DNA of 64,000 nt, taken from NCBI RefSeq assembly GCF_006345805.1, contig NC_043000.1, positions 11,098,001-11,162,000 on the forward strand, given 5' to 3'. This document shows positions 50,661-64,000 of this stretch, piece after piece. Both the position numbers and the translations under genes were made by a program. The notes under the pieces were generated by a model, which saw only the letters and a program-made list of their open reading frames with translations, was not told the DNA's origin and searched no databases. Each line of letters opens with the position of its first letter. The stretch's first letter is position 1. The stretch is from Octopus sinensis (Eukaryota).

Positions 50661-51799
50661 CACCCTGTATATGTGTCCGCACACAGTCTGGGTAGCATGT
50701 GTGTGCGTGTATGTGTGTGTGTGCGTGCGTGCGTGCGAGCGTGCGTGCGTGCGTACGTGTAATGGATATTCAACCAGCTTTTGCACATTTTATGCCAACT
50801 AAAGGTGGTGAGCTGGCAAAGTTGTCTGCGGTATTTCTTCCGTCTTTACTTTCTGAGTTCGAATTCCGCCGAGGTCACCTTTCATCCTACCAGATGTACC
50901 TTTCATCCTATCAGAATAGATGAAGTAAGTTCCAGTTGAACACGGGTCGATGCAATCGACAAGAGCCCGCCACCCCACCTCGCTCTAAATTTTTATCCTT
51001 GGTGCCTATAATGGTAAAGATTTTATGCCAACAATATTCTACTCGAAGTATTGCCAAAGCTCTAGTTGAAGAGGCATAAAGAAGCGTTCAGTTAGATCGA
51101 ACCGGGAACCATACGGTTGCAAATAAACTTCTTAACAGCAGTACAGGTGCGCCTGCTGACATAGGCGCAGGTGTCGCTGTGTGGTAAGAAGTTGGCTTCC
51201 AAACCACATGGTTCCGAGTTCAATCCCTCTGCGTGGAAACGTGGACAAAGGCCTTCCACTATAACTTCGGGCCGATCAACATCTTGTGAATGGATTTGGT
51301 AGATTTGAAAGAAGCCCATCGTATATATATTTCTGTGTGTGTGTGTATATATATTTCTGTGAGTGTACCATCACCGCTAGGCGGCGGGTGTTGGTGTGTT
51401 TACGTCCCCGTAACTTAACAGTTCAGAAAGAGACCAATAGAATAAGTACCAGCCTTAAAAAGAAAGTACTGGGGTCGATTCATTTGATTCAAATTCTTCA
51501 GTCTAATGACTGAAACAGGTAATAGATTAAAAATATCTAAGTATTTTTCTATTTTCCTGCATGTTGGAATTACCGAAAGAAGTCAATTTTAGCAACCATA
51601 GTTAAACCAAAACAATAGAAGAAATGAACGGACTGGTTTTAACAAAAATTAACGTAATAAGGAGTGGTATAAGTATTTATTTGCCAGACAGGATCTGTGA
51701 TAGATGGCATTCTTCCAATGGACAACGACATGAGATTACGAATGCATATAAACCAATTAAGTCACTTTATAATAAGCTAACAAGACAGAAGTGAAACGA

Positions 51800-52200
51800 A
51801 TATACATACATACATACATACATACATACGTTTATACATACATACATATATACATACGTTTATACATACATACATACATACATACGTTTATACATACGTT
51901 TATACATACATACATATATACATACGTTTATACATACATACATACATACATACATACATACATACATACATACATGCATACATACATGCATGCATGCATG
52001 CATACATACATACGTACATACATACATACATACGTTTATACATACATACATACATACATACATACGTTTATACATACATACATACATACATACATACATA
52101 CGTTTATACATACATACATACCTACATACATACATACATACATACATACATACATACATACATACATACATACGTTTATACATACATACGTTTATACATG
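51800..52200. repeat. (TACA)n microsatellite with periodic tacgttta interruptions
   Basis: Direct inspection. Confidence 0.95.
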
Positions 52201-52494
52201 CAACACAAATATTTATAGACATATACATAGAGTGTACGTGTGTGTGAACATACATGCGAACAGACAGACAAAAAGAGAAAGAGAGAGGTGGGGAGAGGTG
52301 GGGAGAGAGAGGCGGGGACAGAGAAAGGCAACCTGGACTGCATGAGTGAAACTGAGTTGCACTGCAAATATCATCGAGAGAATTCTTGTGAGACGCGTTT
52401 CTGTTGAGAAAGGATGTCTGAAAAGGCCTCAAATGTGATTTACTTTCGGTGAGTGTGCAAAGAAAGAAGAGTTGCAATGAGAGACTGTTGATGG

Positions 52495-52880
52495 ATGGAA
52501 GCACTCCGTCGGTTACGACGACGAGGGTTCCGGTTGATCCGAATCAACGGAACAGCCTGCTCGTGAAATTAACGTGTAAGTAGCTGAGCACTCCACAGAC
52601 ACGTGTACCTTTAACGTAGTTCTCGGGGATATTCAGCGTGACACAGAGAGTGACAAGGCCGGCCCTTTGAAATACAGGTACAACAGAAACAGGAAGTAAG
52701 AGTGAGAGAAAGTTGTGGTGAAAGAGTACAGCAGGGATCACCACCATCCCCTGCAGGAGCCTCGTGGAGCTTTAGGTGTTTTCGCTCAATAAACACTCAC
52801 AACGCCCGGTCTGGGAATCGAAACTGCGATCCTATGACCGCGAATCCGCTGCCCTAATCACTGGGCCATTGCGCCTCCAC
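52495..52880 (-). mobile_element. SINE family E, with TSD
   Basis: TSD gagagactgttga. Confidence 0.9.
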
Positions 52881-53467
52881 ACGAGAGACTGTTGAACAAG
52901 GGTGGTAAACGAGATAAAAAAAAACTTTAGACTCTTAGAAGGACCATGTATAAAAATTAGTAAAAGTTCAATTAGTAAAGTGATTAATGTTATAATCGTT
53001 TCTGCTATCGGTACAGGGCTTGAAATTTAGGGAAGGATGCTAGTCGGTTAGATCGACTCAGTGTGCAACTGGCACTTATTTTACCGACCTCTAAAGGGTG
53101 AAAGACAAAGACGACCACTGCGGTGTTGGTTTGTCTACGTCCCCGTAACTTAACAGATCGGCAAAAGAGACCAGACTTTAAAAAATTACTAGGGTCGATT
53201 TGTTCTATGAATACTTTCCAAGCGGTACCCCAGCATGGCCGCAGTCCAGTGACTAAAAGAAGTAAAAACATAAAAGATAATACATAAGTAGTGAATCTTG
53301 CAAGCATGAAGTGGATTCGATCCACCATAGCCAAATTTAAATTAACAGTTCAACAGAATTTTTCTCACGGTAAAACAATAGTTTTTCTCTGACAGCAGTT
53401 TTACATTTGCCAGATTGCCTTTAGCTAGGCCGAAATAATGTCTTCACCACTTGACCCTTATAACCTC

Positions 53468-53750
53468 TTCTACTTCACCAAAAGCTAGAATAGAGATATC
53501 ACAGAAGCATCAACGAAGCCCATTGTTCTCAATGATATATCTATCCTTCTGGAAAGTTATAAAAGCAAGAACCCCCAAGCAAAAACCAGTTAGTCACTTC
53601 GGTGACAACTCAGTGAGAACGAAGTCTGGCTGATCAGCTAGAACCTTGGTCAGAGGGAGAAATGAAGTTTACTATCAACAACTGTGAGACAACGTCCACA
53701 ACCCTACAACTCTCACTAGCTCTAATTCTGTTCTCTTACAACATCATTAT

Positions 53751-53824
<74 letters not shown>

Positions 53825-54520
53825 TACTACTAAACAATGAAGAGAACACAAACACAAACTTTACTTCGTATGCTTTTGGATTTATTATAACCTGCTCGTC
53901 GAGGCAAGGTATTGTAACTTAACGGCAAATAAATATTTCCTTAAAACTTCATGCATTGTTCATCTTTCACACCCTACAACATGCCGTTATAACAACAAAT
54001 TTTTATCGTTACAACTGCTGACTCCGACATTTCATATTACTGTGTACTTAATCTTAACCGTTACACATATATATTATATAATACATAAATAATGCAAAAA
54101 CACACTGGAGACTGCGAAATACGATTTTAAGAATTATTCTTTTAGTGTCGGTTGGGGGATCCCTGGCTAACACTAAAGTTCACTCTAAGTTGTACGTTTG
54201 TGCACGCGCATTCGTTTTGCAATTAGAAAAGGTAAAAATGTGTGCACACAAGATTTTCAAGATAAAATCGTTTGTCTTTTTTTAATTGATGAAACTTGAA
54301 CATAGGAAGACAAAGTTTGCACACAATATAGATTTCTGTGCACAGATTTCACAGCAAGAAATATATCGTTCTCACTGAGTTGTCACCGAAGTGACTAACT
54401 GGTTTTTGCTTGGGGGTTCTTGCTTTTATAACTTTCCAGAAGGATAGATATATCATTGAGAACAATGGGCTTCGTTGATGGTTCTGTGATATCTCTATTC
54501 TAGCTTTTGGTGAAGTAGAA
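53468..54520. repeat. 155-bp near-perfect inverted repeat with ~740-bp spacer
   Basis: 53468-53622 vs 54366-54520, one mismatch seen. Confidence 0.9.
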
Positions 54521-54886
54521 ATCACAAATATATCGGGGCGTTGGCCGATTCGCTTTTTAATTGGTGTTACTTGAAGGTATGAGTTAGTACATTGCTTTAG
54601 AAGTTGCAGATTCTAGATGTGTTGTTATTGCGCGCGGGTGAGGTGACCTGAAAGATAATTCGCATACTCGTGTTTTGTGTTGTTTGTTAAGGTGTCTTGA
54701 GTGTTACACGAGACGCAGGCAACAGAGATGAAAGAAAAATTGCTGAAATCATGTGCATGCGTGAAGTATTTCTAATATTAGCATTATCAACTCAAGGAAA
54801 CTATCTCATACATACATAAATACATACATACATACATACATACATACATACATACATACATACATACATACATACATACATACATA

Positions 54887-55167
54887 CTGCAGTTACTCTA
54901 TCCAGATTACAAGTTCAGGTTTATACCTGTAATTATTGGTGCACTGGGATATGTAACACACTGCCTAAATACCAATCTTGAGAAATTAGGCTTCTCAAAA
55001 CTAGAAAAGAGAAAGCTGATTCGAAGACTGCAGATCCAAGCCATCACTGGAACTGTAAAAATCTATAAAACTTTCCAGAAATTTATCCTTTAAGTATAAG
55101 AGCATGTCTAGATATGCAAGTATATGCATGAGAAGACACATAAAACAAAACATACAAATCTGCTCGT
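54887..55167 (+). mobile_element. R4/Dong-like RLE non-LTR retrotransposon 3' end inside (ATAC)n
   Basis: Open frame 54887-55093 LQLLYPDYKFRFIPVIIGALGYVTHCLNTNLEKLGF..QIQAITGTVKI..*; (TACA)n on both sides. Confidence 0.75.
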
Positions 55168-55187
55168 ATACATACATACATACATAT

Positions 55188-55664
55188 GAGGGAAACTCTG
55201 TCTGTGAGTGTGTTTGTGGAGTTGCTAGCTAACTCCTCCTACATCGTTTTATCGATTTTTATGAAACTTGACACGTGAGAACTCATATCTGGAAACCTTA
55301 TGGCATACTCAGATTGTTGAAAAATCGATAATAGGGCCTCTGGAAGGGATCCGTATATATATCTATCCAATATATTTTATTTCTAAAACCTAGGGAAATA
55401 ACCCATTCGCCTCTGGAAGGGATCCTTAAATATAGAAAGGGAAATAACCCACTCATTTTCCTAAATTATTTGATATTCATAACTTATTAGAAATTCCTAA
55501 AAACAACATCCTGTGTAAGACAGTTCGGTATTCTCTATAAATGCACAAAAACCGTTTTAAGGGCTACATACTTTGTATTGTTGTTATTGGATTAGCGAAA
55601 CAATTATGAGAACAGAACCAAGGATAAGCCCCGCTTTCTGTGAATTACCTGGTACGTCAGCTAG
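55188..55664 (+). mobile_element. Helitron-like non-autonomous element
   Basis: ctgtctgt..ttttatcgatttttatgaaacttg motif and 3' gtacgtcagCTAG|T. Confidence 0.5.
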
Positions 55665-57034
55665 TACATACATACATTAGAATCTCAGGCATGTAATATA
55701 GTGTGCTGGTGACTTTTTCCACTTCTCTTGGCTCTGAGCTGTCTTCTCTGTTCTCTCCAGTTGAATGCCTAATTTTTCTAGCTTTGATTCAGTATCCGAC
55801 CTCCAGCTATTCCTAGGACATCTTCTCTTCTACCTCCCTTGTCCTCCCCTATATCTTGTTCGGTTTGAATTGTCATCAATACTTCTGTAACTTTAGTTTT
55901 TCTTTCTAGGTGTTGGCCCTCTACGAACCTATTTTTACCTCTAGGAATTGATGGTCCATATTTGCTGGCCTTTATTCTGTTCGGCATAAGAAGCCCTGCC
56001 AGGAGCTTAGGTTCAGCACTCATTGTCATTGAGGTGCATAAACTATATCACACTGCAACAAGGACTGTTCCTTGTAGTGCAAAAATCTCTCTAGGGGGTC
56101 TCTAAAATGTATAAACTGCAAACAAAGGAGGTAACTTCAATGAAATCAACAGTTCTACAATTATGAAAAATAAATTTGTTCTCATCTGAAAATAGAGTTG
56201 AGAGAACATTTTGTCATTGAAGCTAACTGGTAAAAGCAACAGACATATTTCAGTCTTTTTAGACCTTAGTAAAGCATATTGTACTCAGATGGCAAAAGTA
56301 GGTAGTTTCCTTCTCAAGTCTTACCGATTCATAAGGGACAGTTTCCCGGTTTTCATGGCGTATAAATTCCTCATCCGGACGAGACACCGATCCGTCGCAG
56401 GATTACTCATTTTTTCGCCAGCTGAGTTGACTGGAGCAACGTGAAATGAAATGTTTTGCTCAAGAACACAACACATCATCCGGTCCAAGAATCGAAACTA
56501 CAATCTTACGACCATGAGCCCTACACCCTAACCACTAAGCCCCGCACGCATCTTCTCAGGTGATATTAAGTTGCTTCAGATCTTCTTTGAGCTCTATGTT
56601 TTCATGTATCTCCTTCTCTTCCTTCGTCCTTCTGATTGTACCCATTGTATAACTGTCTTTGACATTCGTTCTTCTGGCAGTTGCACAACATGACCTGCAA
56701 GTTTCACTCCCCTTCCCGTCACAATCTCCTTCAGGCTGCACAGATTGGTTCTTCTCGGAACTTATAGATCAAGGAGATCGACTGTAGATCAACTGGGGTC
56801 CATACAATCCTTGGGGTTCCATGTAAGATTTTGTTAAAATTTATGCGCAATAACTTGGTTTTATTTCTACAGCAAAATACTTCAACAATATTTGTTATAC
56901 AACTCTTAACGATGTTTAACTATAAAAATATGTTGTCGTTTTTTAACATCGAATAGCTATGAGGCTCAACCTGAGTAAAATAGACACCAAATGGGTCCAT
57001 AGGTAAAAAATGGATGAGAATCACTGAAGTAAAT

Positions 57035-57225
57035 AATCCCGAGTATTCTGCGTAGTCACCGTTTGTGGAAGGCATTCAACCTCTGGGTGATCTTAGCAAT
57101 CATTTTCCAAGTTTCTCTTGCGAAAACTGTTATTGACAGGACAATGCTCTGGTACTGCAGGATCTTCATACAGTTGTCAATCGAAGTGCTGGCCCAGATC
57201 TTGTTCATTCTTCGGTATATAAACA
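57035..57225 (-). mobile_element. RTE-like RT C-terminal fragment
   Basis: QYQSIVLS..ETWKMIAKITQRLNAFHKR.LRRILG. Confidence 0.6.
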
Positions 57226-57536
57226 AGCAGAAGGAATATTATAATACTGTATTATAAATATCAATAATATAACTGAAAGTAAAATACCCTAGTGTTGTGT
57301 ACACTCAATACACGTATGTGGAGTCTCACATATGAATAAAGTGAGCTTTCAAAAAAAAAAATGGGAAAAATTTTGATTGAACGAGATTATCAAGACTAAA
57401 TCAATTCTTATCTGCATCGCCTCTCTTCACCCAAATTCTGAATTTTCGGATTTTCTTGGAGTTACTTCTCCTTGTTTATGGATTTTTAACGTCCCTGGAG
57501 ATAGTTTTTGTAAATTAATTACATGCATAATCTCCG

Positions 57537-57751
57537 TTAGCCCTTTTCCTATCCTGTTTACAGGGCATGTTTCCCTGGTGTCCACGCATCAAAAATGATA
57601 CATATTCTCACTTTTTTCAAACTTGTAACTTATGACATGAAAGCTTGATATTACGCAGAACCGGTAAAACAAGGGCGAACTAAAAGTTTGAAAACAAATA
57701 TGGACGTTTAGGACAGACCTATGAAAATGCTTTGCTAAAGCAAAGGGTTAA
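57537..57751. mobile_element. piggyBac-like MITE
   Basis: ttag-ccctt ... aaaggg-ttaa ends. Confidence 0.45.
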
Positions 57752-58734
57752 TCAGAGTTTTTCAACTGTATTAAATATATGAGACTCTACTGTATGCGTA
57801 TTTAATATACAAACTGCTTTCCTGTATTTAATATATTTCCTGTAATGTAATAGAAAAGTCTACGTCAAAGGCGTATAACAGATACCGACAGTACGTAGAT
57901 CAAAAACTTAAAATCCAAAGTCTAATGATGGAGGCGTAATCCAGGTAAACAAGCGTTGGCTATGGGAAATACACTGATCGAGCTAATGAAAGTAAAATTA
58001 TAGAAAAGGCGGTCAGACGGTTGTTAATGGCATCAAAGCAGTTATAAATGCCTTGCATTATTCGTTCTGGCTCCCTGTGTTCTGAGATCAAATCTATGCG
58101 GAAGACATCTTCGACTTTCGACCTTTTAGAGTTGATAGATAAAATACCAGTTCAGAACGGTGGACTGGAAGGTTTGTTAGAGAATCGGATGAGTTGTCTT
58201 GCAGTGTCTGTTTCGGCAATTTGCGTTCTGAGTTCAAATTTCGCTAATGCGCCAGAACCTAGGTATATTCACCTAATTGCATGAGCACTCGTGTGGATAG
58301 ACGTGGCTTAGTGGTTAGGGTGTTGGACTCATGATTGTAAGATTGTGGTTTCGATTCTTGAACTGGGCGACGAGTAGTGTTTTTAAGCAAAACACTTCAT
58401 TTCACATTGCTCCGGTTCACTCAGCTGGCAAAAATGAGTAATCCTGCGACAGACTGGCGTCCCATCAAGGTGAGGAAATTATACGCCATGGAACCCGGAA
58501 AATCGACCCCGTGAGTTTATACGACTCGGGAAGCAACTTTAATTTACTTACCTGTGTACTCTGTCAAACCCACAATTGGCCTGCGGCAGAAAACATACGT
58601 GTAGGCTACGTTATGCTGAGACTCCTTCGGGCAGGAGATCAAAACCGGTTGAATAGAATGAAATATATTGAAATAAAATGCCATCATTTCCAAAGTAGAT
58701 TTCATCAACTAATTTATTTTTGTGTGTGTGTGTG

Positions 58735-59168
58735 AGGCGTAGGAGTAGCTGTGTGGTAAGTAGCTTGTTTACGAACTACATGGTTCCGAGTTCAGTCTTT
58801 GGCGTGGCACCTTGGGCAAGTATCTTCTGCTATAGCCTCGGACCGACCAAAGCCTTGTGAGTGGATTTGGTAGACGGAAACTGAAAGAAACTCGTTGTAT
58901 GTCTGTATGTGTGTGTGTGTGTGTGTGTGTATGAATGTATGTATGTATGTATGTATGTATGTGTGTGTGTATGTGTTTGTCTCCCCCAACATCGCTTGAC
59001 AACCGATGCTGGTGTGTTTACGTCCCCGTAACAAAGCGGTTCGGCAAAAGAGACCGATAGAATAAGTACTAGGCTTACAAAGAATAACTCCTGGAGTAGA
59101 TTTGCTCGATTAAAGGCGGTGCTCCAGCATGGCCACAGTCAAATGACTGAAACAAGTAAAGAGTAAAG
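58735..59168 (+). mobile_element. SINE family A, full length, CpG-intact
   Basis: Consensus match. Confidence 0.9.
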
Positions 59169-59290
59169 AGAAGAAATGTAAATGTATAATGTCCGTTTTT
59201 TTTTTCTTTGTTTTGCTTTTTTTCAGAACATCAATACACTTGTAATTCTTTTTTTCTTTCTTTCCTCCTTTCTTTCTTTCTTTCTTTCAT

Positions 59291-59370
<80 letters not shown>

Positions 59371-59853
59371 TTTTGTTTTGTTTTGTGGTCGCCAACTGAA
59401 ACAAAAAATAATGTCAATGATACGTGTTTAAGAAATAAATGTATTAAAAAATTGTGGGTGTATTTCCTTCTTCTCTAAAAAAAAAAAAATTAAAGAAACC
59501 GGAATATAACAAAAATAATCAAGAAAATTTAACCTAAACAACAATAAAACGTAATTTACGTGCTCAATGTCATCCAAACCAGTTTAAACTCGCAACTATT
59601 TCATCATAGTTTGAAATTGTTAGGAACTTATAGAAAATTCTTGTCTTTCAGCTGAATAACAAGTTAGCTGTTTTACTTCAGCTGAGGTTTTTCCCTTTCC
59701 GTTTCCTACAAGACTCAGGCATTGATTTTTAACGAAACTCCTTAAATTGATTGGTATGTAATATACAACTATCTTACTTGATAGTTAACTATATAATACA
59801 AAAAAATAATAATAATAATAAATAAATGTATTATTTTACAACTAGGCAGAAAA

Positions 59854-60232
59854 TCTTTATATATAAAAGAAAGGTTGTGTGTCTGTCTACTCCGATTTAG
59901 ATTCCTAACTACTCCCACATTTTGCGGCGCAGTTTAACCAAAACCGGGTATCTTATAGTCGAGCCCTTCTGGGTATTAGCGCGCGTCTACGATGAGTCTA
60001 CGATTTTAAAAATAATTTACCATCATTTTTTTCCATTTTAATGCATATTTTTTTATATAAGGGAAGTAACTCTCTAAAAATGTCTACGATGAGTCAACGA
60101 TTTAAAAAAAATTTACCATAATTTTTTTTTCCATTTTTAATGCACTTTTTGCTTTTTTTTGCTATAACTCTCTAAAAATGCTTTATAGTTATTTCCCTTA
60201 CAAACCCGAGCAACGCCGGGCGATACTGCTAG
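59854..60232 (+). mobile_element. Non-autonomous Helitron
   Basis: A|TCTTTATATATAAAAG start, hairpin + CTAG|T end. Confidence 0.8.
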
Positions 60233-60287
60233 TAAGATATACAATACTAAGTCAATGTCCTACTTTAAATTTCCCATACAAACATGT

Positions 60288-60516
60288 TTAACCCTTTCAT
60301 TACTGTATTTATTTTGAGATGCTCTGTGTTTCTTTCAGTTACTTTAAATATAACACAGAATTTAGTAAAATAACTTAGTTATCATTCAGCTAGTGTTAGG
60401 AACATGAATTATGATTAAGGTTTGGTGGAAGATTTTAATTCAAACCTTATGAAAACAATACATTTGTACTACAGAGCCAGAGGCGGTTTCAGCCAGGTTG
60501 GTAATGAAAGAATTAA
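60288..60516. mobile_element. piggyBac-like MITE (TTAA TSD)
   Basis: TTAA-ccctttcattac ... gtaatgaaagaa-TTAA. Confidence 0.65.
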
Positions 60517-61711
60517 AGATGCATGGTGTAAATATGAAAGAGTTTAAAGATTGCAAACCAATTTCGTCGCCAGAAGGATAGTTTAAAAGTTGATTGGTTC
60601 CAATAAGTGGACTACCATCTTTTTCTTTGTGGTAAGTGGACTACTATCGTTTTCTTTGTGATATATTCAGAAAATTAAATGATTTGAATAAGTTATTTCA
60701 AAGAAACAGAAAAACTCTCATTGATTGTAAATCATTTATCACTACCTTCATTTCGAAATTGGTGTTGTTTAAGACTAACATTTCAAAACGTCAATTCCAT
60801 CAATTTCCACAACTTGATTCTTTGAAAGATGAATTGATTGATGATGATTTAACTACATCTCGCAACTATTAACAATAATTGCATGATAACATAGTGGAGC
60901 GATTTCAACATGTCATTGCGCTGAATATTCCAAATTGGTATAGCAATCCATTTGAGGTCGATGCAGTCGATTGCGAGGATGATGTTCAGGAGGAATTTGA
61001 TAGAATTACAAAATGGCAATGACGCCACAGTGCGATATCGCCGTAATGGCAAAGAAAGTTTGTGGTGCCATCAGAGTATATTGAATTCCTACCCAAATCT
61101 GTGGAAACATCTGAAATTATTTTTGCTTGCCTTCCCTACCTCATATCTGGCTGAATCTAGTTTTAGCCATGTTTGAACTTTACTCTCCCATAAAATAATT
61201 GGACTGGATGTGATACAACGAGAAGACTTGCAGCTAAAGTCGACAAGTTTGAAACCGAATGTATCTGCACTAGCTGCATCGCACCAGACACATGGCTCTC
61301 ATTAAAAAGTTTTATTCTTTTCCTTTATAATGCAATCATTAATTGTTTTTGCATCGGTAATTCTGATCAATGGTTCATTTGGGGAAAATGAAAATCAGCG
61401 TAAAAGAAAGCGCAAGTTTCCAAAAGTTAATCTGTCTGCATAACATAGAGCTAACGTTAGAATTTTATTCACACTAATGGCAAAACTAAACCCACAATGA
61501 GGGATTTGTAAACAACCGCATATTTAGTCTAAACGGCAGTAACAGGGCAACGGGTGTGTGTGTCAAATGATACACGGGGGAGGTCCCGCGGATTTTGTCT
61601 TGGGGAGGTTGTGTCCGGGTTTTTTTTTTTTACCCAGGTGGGCAGTGGAGAATTTTTTGGCTGCTAAATGGGCTATATTTCAATTTGGTGCAACAAGTTT
61701 GGGAAACACTG
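60517..61711 (+). mobile_element. hAT Buster/Charlie transposon 3' part (ZBED8/SCAND3-like), decayed
   Basis: LCDIFRKLNDLNKLFQ..FISKLVLFK..FHQFPQL; LKLFLLAFPTSYLAESSFSHV; terminal aagtttgggaaacactg TIR. Confidence 0.85.
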
Positions 61712-62366
61712 GGTGTAGTATTAAGATTATATTAGTGTTTACGCTTATAGAAAGGAAGTTGTTTCTAGAGCTATGGAGAGATCAAAAGAGAGTGGATTGA
61801 GGTAGTGGAGCTCTGGTGAGTGGCGATATCTGGCAACCTTGTGAATAGGTTGGTCACCCGTAGTTACCATCAAGAAGTTGAACAAAGAGCATCGTACGGA
61901 TATCTGCACGTTTGTTCATTGGGGCCCTGTCATAACCCAGTGACCTGAGAATGTAAGTACGAATAATCTTAACTTTCCCATTGATTATACATTTTATAAA
62001 AGGCGCCAATTTTGAGAAATGTGCTCAGGGTTATCGATCGCTCCTTTTGCTCCCCTATTAGTGACGTCACTGGTCTGAAGGCAACAAATCATCCAACCAA
62101 CCACTGAAATATGGTACTGAAAAGCTAAAGTCCTGTGTCACCACGAGGCGCTTTTAACTTAAAATGCCAAAAAAAAAAAATGACGAATCAAGCCCATGAT
62201 TGAAAAAGAGTGACAAAAAATATTATTAACAAGAAGTCAGAGTTAATCACGCAGTCTATAGAAGCATTCTGTCCAACCTATAACTGGCCAGTAAGGACAG
62301 GCAGATAGGCCCACAGGCAGCATAGATAAGTAGGTAACAATATTCTGAGGCTTCGTCTAACAGTAG

Positions 62367-62740
62367 ATCAAAAGCGGCGAGATGGTAGAATCAAAGCGGC
62401 GAAGCGGTAAAATCAAGGCAGTGCGCTGGTTGAATCAAAGTGGAGAGCTGGTAGAATCAAGGCGTCAAACTGGTTGAATCAAGGTGATGAGCTGGCAGAA
62501 TCAGGGTGACGAGCTGGCAGAATCAAGGCAGTGAGCTGGTAGAATCGTTCGTACGCGGGGCAAAATGCTTAGCAGCATTTCGTCCGTCTTTATGTTCTGA
62601 GTTCAAATTCTACTGAGGGTGATTTTTGCCTTTCATCCTTTCAAGATTGATAGGATAAATACCTGTTGAGCATTGGAGGCGATGTAATCAACTTCCACCC
62701 CTCCATAAATTGTCGGCTTTGTGCCAAAATTTGAAACCAG
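62367..62740 (+). mobile_element. SINE family B preceded by 8 tandem ~22-bp copies of its head
   Basis: Units atcaaggcggcgagctggcaga (diverged) 62367-62543, then SINE body. Confidence 0.85.
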
Positions 62741-63249
62741 TATATAGGAATTACCAATAAAACGCCACCATTTCCTACACAGATTTTCCTAATTTGTCAG
62801 AGGAATTGTTAATGTGCATATCCGTTTTTCTTTTCTTTTTTAAGTTTGTTTGTCAGAACACAAATATATTTATAATCCATTATTTTATTTATTTATTTTT
62901 GTCGCCAGCTAAAACCAGGAATGGCTTTAGAATGGTACATGTTTATGAAATAAATAGAAGTATGCAAAATTTCTAGGTGCGTACTCCACTTCGCTTCACC
63001 AAGAGAAAGAAATAAAGTTTAAACTTGAGAAAACGGCGTTCAAAAATGTCATTATTTTCCAAATATATTAAAGCAACCGAATTTTCTTACTCACTTTCTT
63101 CATAGCTATAAATTGTTTAGAATGCATTGGAAATTCCAGACTTTCAATGTAACCACAGGTCAGCAGTTTTACTTCAACTGGGGTTTTCCCTTACATTTCC
63201 TAAATGACTCAGACATTGATTTTAATGAAAGTCCTGTACATAAATAAAG

Positions 63250-63840
63250 GACTCCCTTCGGTCACGAATGTGGAGGTGTGTGGCTTAGTGGTTAGGGTGT
63301 CAGCACCATGATTGTAAGATTATGGTTTTGATTCTTGGACCGGGTGACGCGTTGTGTTCTTGAGCAAAACACTTCATTTCACGTTGCTCCAGTCCACTCA
63401 GCTGGCAAAAATGAGTAACACTGCAATGGACTGGCGTCCCGTCCAGCTGGGGAACACATATACCATAGAAACCGGGAAACCGGGCCCATGAGCCTGGCTA
63501 GGCTTTAAAAGGGCGCATTTATTTATTTATTCTTCGGTCACGAATGATCATGGGATTGCACCTAAAAAGTTACCCTCCAAGGCACAAGTCCGAGTAAGGT
63601 TGTTTTATGGAAGACCAGCAGTTGCCCATGCATACCAGCCTCTCCTCTCCATACCACCAATGTTATTCAAAGGTAAAGCAAAAACCGATACAGCTTGGCA
63701 CCTGTGACGTCGCAATTCATTTCTACAGCTGAGTGAACTGAAGCAACATGAAATAAAGTGTCTTGCTCAAGAGCACAACACGCAGCCCGGTCCGGGAATC
63801 GAACTCACTGCCTCATGACGCTCTAACCACTGAGCCATAA
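63250..63840 (-). mobile_element. SINE family D split by SINE family C (63272-63530), 15-bp TSD
   Basis: TSD cttcggtcacgaatg on both sides of the family C copy. Confidence 0.85.
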
Positions 63841-64000
63841 ATGTTTGCGGGTGTTATTCAGTTTCTTCTACAGGTAGCCCAAGAAACATATTTTCATTCA
63901 TCAACTCAACAGCCACCACTACAGACCAGCAGCCAACAATTTCAGACTGGTGGTCAGAGTTAGGTAACTTTACTTCCGAGAGACAAGTTATACTAATATA

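Noticed and set aside
62060-62071. CRE palindrome agtgacgtcact as a promoter
   Set aside because: Single short motif without supporting context

Overview
AT-rich, microsatellite-dense eukaryotic non-coding DNA. The tRNA-headed SINE families, Penelope/Neptune, RTE, mariner and maT remnants look like an octopus (coleoid cephalopod) genome; this is inferred from repeat recognition, not from a search. I found no intact host protein-coding exon. Almost all ORF-track entries are microsatellite or SINE artefacts, or decayed transposase/RT fragments. The window is mostly TE debris: at least six SINE-like families, RTE/Tx1/R4-like LINE pieces, Penelope pieces, pogo (DD35D), mariner, maT (DD37D), hAT, piggyBac- and Merlin-like MITEs, non-autonomous Helitrons and a gypsy-type solo LTR, often nested. 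A probable minus-strand host gene starts near 36.3 kb (NRF1-like motif, GTAAGT donor) and has an ATG-free candidate 5'UTR exon at 19.4-19.6 kb. CpG decay in repeats left of ~31-32 kb and CpG retention to the right fits gene-body methylation of that gene. Best candidates for something new: a hammerhead-ribozyme fold with a ~100-nt helix II (core mutated) at 29.7 kb, an R4/Dong-like RLE retrotransposon sitting in (ATAC)n, fold-back MITEs carrying TTAGGG repeats, and SINE-derived minisatellites, one with higher-order structure. There is no CRISPR array and no prokaryotic system.
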